A stretch of 32,000 bases of DNA from Acutalibacteraceae bacterium (GTDB lineage Bacteria; Bacillota; Clostridia; Oscillospirales; Acutalibacteraceae), in NCBI GenBank assembly GCA_045660865.1, contig JAZREP010000015.1, forward strand, positions 28,266-60,265. Direction: 5' to 3'. Both the position numbers and the translations under genes were made by a program. Below the pieces are notes generated by a model. The model had not been told where the DNA came from and ran no database searches. It saw only the letters and a list, made by a program, of their open reading frames with translations. Below are positions 9,748-16,052 of the stretch, in pieces (the stretch's first letter is position 1; each line of letters starts with the position of its first letter).

Positions 9748-10758
9748 TTAGAACTTGCCGGCTTTAGCAGCTTCTTCAACTGCAACTGCGCAAGCAACAG
9801 TCATACCAACCATGGGGTTGTTACCTGCACCGATAAGACCCATCATCTCAACGTGAGCAGGAACGGAAGAAGAACCTGCAAACTGAGCATCGGAATGCAT
9901 ACGGCCCATAGTATCGGTCATACCGTAAGAAGCGGGGCCTGCAGCCATATTGTCGGGATGCAATGTACGACCTGTACCGCCGCCCGAAGCAACAGAGAAG
10001 TATTTTTTGCCCTGCTCAATGCATTCTTTCTTATAAGTACCTGCAACAGGATGCTGGAAGCGAGTGGGGTTGGTGGAGTTACCTGTGATAGAAACGTCAA
10101 CACCCTCTAAATGCATGATAGCAACGCCCTCACGAACATCGTCAGCACCGTAGCAGCGAACCTTAGCACGCTCACCATTAGAATAAGCAATCTCCTCAAC
10201 GATGTTTACTTTACCGGTAGCATAGTCAAACTTAGTTTGAACATAGGTAAAGCCGTTGATACGAGAAATAATCTTAGCGGCGTCTTTACCAAGACCGTTA
10301 AGGATAACTCTTAAATCTTCTTTTCTTGCCTTGTTAGCGCTACGGGCCAAGCCGATAGCACCTTCAGCAGCAGCAAAAGATTCGTGGCCTGCTAAGAAAG
10401 CGAAGCATTTTGTTTCGTCTCTAAGCAACATTGCGCCTAAATTACCGTGGCCGATACCAACCTTACGGTCGTCAGCAACAGAACCGGGGATACAGAAAGA
10501 CTGTAAGCCAAGACCGATTTTTTCTGCAGCCTCAGCAGCAGAAGCTGCCTTATCTTTAATAGCGATTGCACAACCTACAACGTAAGCCCAGCAAGCGTTT
10601 TCGAAACAGATAGGTTGAATACCTTTAACAATATTGTAAGCATCAACGCCGGCGTCATCGCAAATCTGCTTAGCCTCTTCGATTGAAGAAATGCCGTGCT
10701 TTGCGAGTTCCTCATTGATTTGCTTAATTCTTCTGTCATAACTCTCAAATAATGCCAT
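9748..10758 (-). CDS. GGGtGRT family protein (conserved, function unknown)
   Basis: 336 aa. The eponymous motif GGGTGRT is at residues 259-265 (nt 9964-9984, verified codon by codon), followed by LHPDNMAAGPASYGMTD. RBS GGAGGTATAGG lies upstream. Confidence 0.8.
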   Translation of the reverse strand: MALFESYDRRIKQINEELAKHGISSIEEAKQICDDAGVDAYNIVKGIQPICFENACWAYVVGCAIAIKDKAASAAEAAEKIGLGLQSFCIPGSVADDRKVGIGHGNLGAMLLRDETKCFAFLAGHESFAAAEGAIGLARSANKARKEDLRVILNGLGKDAAKIISRINGFTYVQTKFDYATGKVNIVEEIAYSNGERAKVRCYGADDVREGVAIMHLEGVDVSITGNSTNPTRFQHPVAGTYKKECIEQGKKYFSVASGGGTGRTLHPDNMAAGPASYGMTDTMGRMHSDAQFAGSSSVPAHVEMMGLIGAGNNPMVGMTVACAVAVEEAAKAGKF

Positions 10759-10774
10759 TTCCTATACCTCCCTA

Positions 10775-11467
10775 TTATTCTACGCGCGGGTCAAGCAGGC
10801 GGGCGGCATCATCCACACGACCATACTGGCCGCTGGCTTTTTGCATAGCCTCATTTGCATCCATACCGTTACGAATCATTTCCATCATTTTGCCGAGGTG
10901 AACGAATTTATAGCCTGTAATCTGGCCTTCCTCGTCAACTGCGATTTTGGTTATGTAGCCTTCAGCCAACTCTAAGTAGCGAGGACCTTTAACCTTGGTA
11001 GCATAGGTTGTACCAACCTGTGAACGAAGACCTTTACCTAAATCTTCAAGGCCTGCGCCTACCGGCAGACCGTCCTCAGAGAAGGCGGTTTGGGTACGGC
11101 CGTATACGATTTGTAAGAACAGCTCACGCATAGCTGTATTTATAGCATCACAAACCAAGTCGGTATTGAGTGCTTCAAGCAAGGTCTTGCCCACGAGGAT
11201 TTCAGAAGCCATAGCGGCAGAATGGGTCATACCCGAACAGCCGATTGTTTCAACCAAAGCCTCCTCAATAATACCCTCTTTAACGTTCAGTGTCAGCTTG
11301 CAAGCGCCCTGTTGGGGTGCGCACCAGCCGATACCGTGGGTCAGACCGGAAATATCTTTAATTTCCGTAACCTGCGTCCATCTACCCTCCTGCGGGATGG
11401 GTGCAGGACCGTGATATGCACCTTTTGCCAAAGGACACATATTTTCTACTTCATGTGAATAGTTCAT
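10775..11467 (-). CDS. NifU/IscU-like iron-sulfur cluster scaffold-domain protein with a ~100-aa C-terminal extension
   Basis: The core GIGWCAPQQGACKLTLNVKEGIIEEALVETIGCSGMTHSAAMASEILVGKTLLEAL resembles the IscU N-terminal domain (Cys...GC.....A.....GK...A). Start set at ATG 11467 (MNYSHEV), after AAAGGAG. The upstream 20 aa in the ORF track are leader. Confidence 0.7.
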   Translation of the reverse strand: MNYSHEVENMCPLAKGAYHGPAPIPQEGRWTQVTEIKDISGLTHGIGWCAPQQGACKLTLNVKEGIIEEALVETIGCSGMTHSAAMASEILVGKTLLEALNTDLVCDAINTAMRELFLQIVYGRTQTAFSEDGLPVGAGLEDLGKGLRSQVGTTYATKVKGPRYLELAEGYITKIAVDEEGQITGYKFVHLGKMMEMIRNGMDANEAMQKASGQYGRVDDAARLLDPRVE

Positions 11468-11545
11468 GATTTTACTCCTTTCCAGATATCTAAAAAAGAT
11501 TATACACAAATTTTGTAAAAAAAACAATAGTTAATACTTATTTTG

Positions 11546-11574
11546 TTGCAATTTTTTTATTTTGTAATTATACT
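11546..11574 (+). promoter_or_regulatory. Putative sigma-A promoter of the flavin reductase gene
   Basis: TTGCAA (11546-11551), 17 nt, TATACT (11569-11574), about 40 nt upstream of the start codon. Confidence 0.55.
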
Positions 11575-11616
11575 ATACAAATGCAGAATATATATTCTGG
11601 TGAAAGGATGATTTTT

Positions 11617-12111
11617 ATGCCGTTTAAAGAAATAAAAGCAACCGATATAAAGGATAATCTTATTTCACTTATTCGTGATGAATGGGCGCTTGTATGTGCA
11701 GGAAACGAAGATAAGCATAATATGATGACTGCAAGCTGGGGCTTTTTCGGTGAAATGTGGGGCAAGGATTGTGTGATTTCTGCTATCCGCCCGCAAAGAC
11801 ACACATTTGGTTTCATAGAGGAAAACGACACCTTTGCCCTTTGTTTTATGGGAGATAACAAGGCAGTACACAAAATTTGCGGAAGCAAATCAGGCCGTGA
11901 TATTGACAAAACCAAGGAAACCGGTCTTACCCCAATCTTTGCCGACGGAACGGTTTACTTTGAAGAAGCAAGACTGGTTATAATTGTAAAAAAATTGTAT
12001 GCCAACACCATTAATCACGAAAACTTTATAGACAAAGAGCCTTTAAAGTGGTATGACGGTGATACACACAAGATGTTTGTTGCCGAAATTGTCAAAGTCC
12101 TTGAAAAATAA
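11617..12111 (+). CDS. Flavin reductase-like (FMN-binding split-barrel) family protein
   Basis: NMMTASWGFFGEMWGK, IRPQRHT, CGSKSGRDIDK and GLTP are motifs typical of this family. Start set at ATG 11617 (MPFKEIK), 8 nt after AAAGGA. ATG 11608 is an alternative. Confidence 0.8.
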   Translation: MPFKEIKATDIKDNLISLIRDEWALVCAGNEDKHNMMTASWGFFGEMWGKDCVISAIRPQRHTFGFIEENDTFALCFMGDNKAVHKICGSKSGRDIDKTKETGLTPIFADGTVYFEEARLVIIVKKLYANTINHENFIDKEPLKWYDGDTHKMFVAEIVKVLEK

Positions 12112-12121
12112 TTAACCCATT

Positions 12122-12155
12122 GTCCCGCCTGCTTTTATGCAGAGCGGGACTTTTT
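12122..12155 (+). terminator. Intrinsic terminator after the flavin reductase gene
   Basis: GTCCCGC (12122-12128) pairs with GCGGGAC (12144-12150), followed by TTTTT. Confidence 0.8.
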
Positions 12156-12200
12156 GTATAAATCCACTGTAAATTTGCAAAATATATATTAGGTGATTTT

Positions 12201-12551
12201 ATGAAAAAGCCATTATTTTATCTTTGCAATCTTGCGGTTGGTGTTGTAAACGGACTCTTCGGTGCAGGCGGCGGTATGCTTGCCGTACCGCTTTTAAAAA
12301 GTACAGACATTTCTCAAAAGCAGGCTCACGCAAATTGCGTTGCTATTATTCTGCCTATGACTGTTTTCAGCGCAATACTATATTTGGCGCAAGGGCGAAT
12401 GGCGGTGTCCGACGCACTGCCGTTTTTTGTGCCGGGTTTGTTAGGAGCTTTAGCGGGTACCATTATTTTATCTAAAATACAAAACAAGTGGCTCAAAAAG
12501 GTTTTTGCCGCCTTTATGATTTGGGCAGGAATTAGTTTGGTGATGAGATGA
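12201..12551 (+). CDS. TSUP (TauE/SafE, DUF81) family membrane protein, half-size unit 1
   Basis: 116 aa, about 4 TM helices. N-terminal GxxGAGGGMLAVPLL motif characteristic of TSUP repeat units. Confidence 0.75.
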   Translation: MKKPLFYLCNLAVGVVNGLFGAGGGMLAVPLLKSTDISQKQAHANCVAIILPMTVFSAILYLAQGRMAVSDALPFFVPGLLGALAGTIILSKIQNKWLKKVFAAFMIWAGISLVMR

Positions 12552-12922
12552 ATTCTATTATAACTTTTTTAGCCGGATTTTTGTCGGGAATGTTTGGCGC
12601 AATGGGTCTTGGAGGCGGCGGTGTGCTGCTTATTTACCTTACTTTATTTGCTGGAATGGAGCAATTGCAAGCCCAGGGTGTAAACCTGCTGTTTTTTATA
12701 CCCATAGGCACAGTTGCCACCATTATTTACGCAATAAGAAAACAAATAAAGTGGAAAACTGTTTTGATTTTTGCTTGTCTTGGTATTGCAGGTTCTGCCG
12801 GCGGTACCTATATTTCAAGTTTGCTTGGCGGAACATTGCTTTCCAAACTGTTTGGAGGCGCTTTAATTTTAACCGGAATTTGGCAACTTTTCAGTAGACA
12901 AAAAGAAAAACCGGTGGTATAA
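12548..12922 (+). CDS. TSUP (TauE/SafE, DUF81) family membrane protein, half-size unit 2
   Basis: 124 aa, about 4 TM helices. It has its own GMFGAMGLGGGGVLLIYL motif. Its ATG overlaps the unit-1 stop (ATGA at 12548-12551). Confidence 0.75.
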   Translation: MNSIITFLAGFLSGMFGAMGLGGGGVLLIYLTLFAGMEQLQAQGVNLLFFIPIGTVATIIYAIRKQIKWKTVLIFACLGIAGSAGGTYISSLLGGTLLSKLFGGALILTGIWQLFSRQKEKPVV

Positions 12923-12955
12923 TTCTATAAACACAATGTAAAGGAATGTTAGTTT

Positions 12956-13837
12956 ATGGATTTCAATGCAACTTTAGTAGTTATGGCAGCAGGTATGGGT
13001 AGCCGTTTCGGCGGACTTAAACAGGTTGAGCCTGTAGGTCCTAACGGTGAAGCCATTTTAGATTTTTCAGTTTATGATGCAAAGCAAGCAGGCTTTAACA
13101 AAGTAGTATTTATTATAAAGAAGCAAATTGAGGAAGAATTTAAGAGTTTAGTCGGCAGCCGCATAGAAAAACAGATTGCGGTTGATTATGTATTCCAAGA
13201 GACTGACAAACTGCCCGAAGGCTTTGTTTGCCCTTCAACACGCACCAAACCCTGGGGCACAGGACACGCAGTGCTCTGTTGTAAAGATGTTGTTAAAGAG
13301 CCTTTTGCAGTTATCAATGCCGACGATTTCTACGGTTCCTCCGGATACAAGAGCATCTATGAGCATTTGAAAAACAACAATAATTACTGTATGGTAGGCT
13401 TCCGTCTTGGCAATACAGTAACCGAAAACGGAACTGTTTCCCGTGGTGTTTGCAACACAGAAAACGGTCTTTTAACCTCTGTTACCGAGCACACAAAAAT
13501 TGACGGCAACTGCGTATCCTTATTTGACAATGAAACTGTACAGCTCACACCCGATACCATTATTTCCATGAACATGTGGGGCTTTACACCCGATATTTTC
13601 AATTACTTAGAGCGTGAATTTAACGGATTTTTAAAAGAAAACATTAACAGCGAAAAGGCTGAGTTTTTCTTGCCCTTTGTTGTAGACGATTTAATTAAAA
13701 ACGGTGAAAAAACCGTAAGCATGCTGACAACTGAGGATAAGTGGTACGGCGTTACATATAAAGAGGACAAGGATGCCGTTGTTTCAGCTGTTTCGGCTTT
13801 AATTAGCGAAGGCCGTTACGATAGTATGAAAGGATAA
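12956..13837 (+). CDS. Sugar-phosphate nucleotidyltransferase family protein
   Basis: N-terminal VVMAAGMGSRFGGLKQ (the GxGxR nucleotide-binding loop of the NTP_transferase fold), PWGTGHAV and INADDFYG. RBS AAAGGAA lies upstream. Confidence 0.8.
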   Translation: MDFNATLVVMAAGMGSRFGGLKQVEPVGPNGEAILDFSVYDAKQAGFNKVVFIIKKQIEEEFKSLVGSRIEKQIAVDYVFQETDKLPEGFVCPSTRTKPWGTGHAVLCCKDVVKEPFAVINADDFYGSSGYKSIYEHLKNNNNYCMVGFRLGNTVTENGTVSRGVCNTENGLLTSVTEHTKIDGNCVSLFDNETVQLTPDTIISMNMWGFTPDIFNYLEREFNGFLKENINSEKAEFFLPFVVDDLIKNGEKTVSMLTTEDKWYGVTYKEDKDAVVSAVSALISEGRYDSMKG

Positions 13838-13845
13838 ACTGATTT

Positions 13846-14388
13846 ATGGAACAAATTAAGGCGCAAGCATCAGCTGCCGTTAAAGAGCTGATTCAAGTTG
13901 CTGGACTTAAAAAAGGTGATATTTTAGTTGTTGGTTGCAGCAGCAGTGAGATAATGGGTTGCGGAATTGGTACAAACTCTGACATTTCGGCTGCCGAGGC
14001 AGTTTTTAACACTATCTATCCCCTGCTTTCAAAAAAAGGCATTTACTTAGCGGCTCAATGCTGTGAGCATTTAAACCGAGCTATTGTTATAGAGAAGGAT
14101 GCTTTACCTTTTGCTGAGCAGGTAAATGTTGTGCCGCAAAAAAAAGCAGGCGGCTCATTTGCAACAACCGCCTACCATTCATTTAAAAATCCAATTGTCG
14201 TTGAGGAAATCAAGGCCGATGCAGGCTTAGATATCGGCAGTACCTTGATTGGTATGCACCTTAAAAAGGTTGCCGTTCCTGTACGCCTTGAAACCAAGCA
14301 AATCGGTGAGGCTTTACTTACCGCCGCCAGAACAAGACCTAAATTTATCGGCGGTGTTAGAGCTATCTACGATAATGATTTAATGTAA
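13846..14388 (+). CDS. UPF0340 / DUF436 (YwlG-like, TIGR01440) family protein
   Basis: 180 aa. GDILVVGCSSSEI, YLAAQCCEHLNRA, GGSFAT and IGMHLK match the conserved blocks of the YwlG family. It starts 8 nt after the upstream gene. Confidence 0.75.
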   Translation: MEQIKAQASAAVKELIQVAGLKKGDILVVGCSSSEIMGCGIGTNSDISAAEAVFNTIYPLLSKKGIYLAAQCCEHLNRAIVIEKDALPFAEQVNVVPQKKAGGSFATTAYHSFKNPIVVEEIKADAGLDIGSTLIGMHLKKVAVPVRLETKQIGEALLTAARTRPKFIGGVRAIYDNDLM

Positions 14389-15236
14389 TTTATAATATCC
14401 GTAACTGCTTCGGCGTTTTGCCGAGGCAGTTTTTTTATTTGGTGATTTATTTTGCTTTCGTATTTTGCCGTGATTTGTCTGGCAATGGCTACGCCGCCGT
14501 CCATATAACGCAAAACCTCATTGCTTTTATCCCCTTTTAGCCAAGGGTAAAGTTCCAGTGTGCAAATGTGGGGCATAGTCATTACGCCGTTTTTAAAATC
14601 GGAATACCTTTTTTCACCCATAACAGTACAATCTTTTATATCATCGTTAAGCTGAAACCACAATCCTATTCTGCGGCAAAGCGTACTAAGGGTTGCAGAA
14701 TCAGTATAATTTTGCAAAGCGGCGGCACCGCACAAGGAAAACAAGGCTGCCGTCTTACCGTTTATTGTGCGGGCGTATTCCGGCACCGAAACTACTTTGT
14801 GCTGATTGTTTATTTCTCGCATTTCACCGCAACACAATTTAGAAAGCGTTTTATAAAAATACTCGGTTAATTCATTTTGGTCCTTAATCAAGGAAAAGCA
14901 TTTAAGGTACAAGAAATCGCCCGTAAGCAGCGCCTTATTTTCACCGAATTTTTGGTGTAATGCTCTTTTGCCACGTCTGGTTTCGCTTTTGTCAATTAAG
15001 TCATCGTGTATCAATGTTGCCAAATGCAAAAGTTCAATTGCCGCCAAGCGGGGAACAATTTCCTTTGGTATTCTCCCCTTTTCATCGGTTGAAAGGGCTA
15101 AACCTAACCGTGCACGAAGCATTTTTCCGTACGGGCGCACAGTGTATTTTAGTGTATCATTAAAAACACCGCCCTGCAGTGTGTCCCTAAGTATAAACTT
15201 AACACCCTGCAAGGCGGTATTTTGACTTTGGTACAT
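14367..15236 (-). CDS. Polyprenyl diphosphate synthase family protein (trans-isoprenyl diphosphate synthase)
   Basis: First Asp-rich motif LIHDDLIDKSETRRG and second motif FQLNDDIKD. Start set at ATG 15236 (MYQSQNT), 11 nt after the upstream stop. The ORF-track extension overlaps the Gx transporter gene. Confidence 0.85.
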   Translation of the reverse strand: MYQSQNTALQGVKFILRDTLQGGVFNDTLKYTVRPYGKMLRARLGLALSTDEKGRIPKEIVPRLAAIELLHLATLIHDDLIDKSETRRGKRALHQKFGENKALLTGDFLYLKCFSLIKDQNELTEYFYKTLSKLCCGEMREINNQHKVVSVPEYARTINGKTAALFSLCGAAALQNYTDSATLSTLCRRIGLWFQLNDDIKDCTVMGEKRYSDFKNGVMTMPHICTLELYPWLKGDKSNEVLRYMDGGVAIARQITAKYESKINHQIKKLPRQNAEAVTDIINYIKSLS

Positions 15237-15247
15237 AACATCATTCC

Positions 15248-15733
15248 TTAAATAATATGTACCCTTGCAAGTAGGAATATACTTACAAGTCCTATAAGGA
15301 ATCCACAAACCACACCGGCAATTAACAAAACCGGAGTATAATAAAAAACTGCGTTTGAGCCAAGTATAATTGACGCAACAAGTAACTGACCTATATTATG
15401 TGCAACACCACCTGCGACACTTACACCCACCGGAGAAAAAATCTTTGTTGCTTTTAGCAAGACCATAACCAATAAACTCAGCAATCCGCCGCAAAGTGAA
15501 TACACAAGTGACATTACATTGCCGAACAGAAGCGCAACCAGTAAAATTCGCAAAAGATTTATAAGGATTGCTGTTTTGAAATCTTTACGGTAAAGCAGAA
15601 AAACCGAGATTAAATTAGCAAGACCTAATTTAACACCGTAGGCAATAAAATCAAGCGGAAGCAATATCTCCACATAGGATAAAATCATACCCAATGCCAA
15701 AAGCAAGCCGTATGTGGCGGTTTTTTTAGCCAT
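15248..15733 (-). CDS. Gx transporter family protein (legacy Pfam name: heptaprenyl diphosphate synthase component I, PF07456)
   Basis: 161 aa polytopic membrane protein with about 5-6 TM helices (LLLALGMILSYVE..., GVSVAGGVAHNIGQL). Start at ATG 15733 after GGAGGTG. It lies next to NusG-II and polyprenyl synthase genes, the usual context of this family. Confidence 0.7.
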   Translation of the reverse strand: MAKKTATYGLLLALGMILSYVEILLPLDFIAYGVKLGLANLISVFLLYRKDFKTAILINLLRILLVALLFGNVMSLVYSLCGGLLSLLVMVLLKATKIFSPVGVSVAGGVAHNIGQLLVASIILGSNAVFYYTPVLLIAGVVCGFLIGLVSIFLLARVHII

Positions 15734-15734
15734 C

Positions 15735-16052
15735 TTACCGCACCTCCACGACAACCGAATTAGGCAGACATACTATGGCTTCGCCTTTATCGTTTATTTT
15801 ACCTTTGTTGACACAAATTTGGTCACGGCAGTCGGCGTGGGAAACAAACACTGCTCCATCTTTTATTTCTACCGTATTGTGCTCTAATTTTATGACCTGA
15901 TTAGTGTCTAAACGGTATTCGCCATAAACCTCATTAGCGGTTGTTACGCGAACTGTACCGCCCTCTTTTTTAAATGCCGCAAATAAAAAAACCGACTCAA
16001 CCGCTATGGCAATAATGCAGGCACTTAAAATATAATCTGCTTTTTTAATCAT
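15735..16052 (-). CDS. NusG domain II-containing protein (DUF1312, PF07009), membrane-anchored
   Basis: 105 aa. N-terminal TM helix, then a beta-rich domain with CRDQICV...GEAIVCLPNSVVVEV, the conserved Cys pattern of the family. Its ATG overlaps the NDH-2 stop by 8 nt (ATGATTAA). Confidence 0.7.
   Translation of the reverse strand: MIKKADYILSACIIAIAVESVFLFAAFKKEGGTVRVTTANEVYGEYRLDTNQVIKLEHNTVEIKDGAVFVSHADCRDQICVNKGKINDKGEAIVCLPNSVVVEVR

Noticed and set aside
12548-12551. The split TauE/TSUP genes as a frameshifted pseudogene
   Set aside because: Each half starts with its own Met and its own complete glycine-rich N-terminal motif, and each has about 4 TM helices. The junction is a clean ATGA overlap rather than a disrupted frame. 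I kept this as a finding, with the pseudogene alternative stated as its refutation test.
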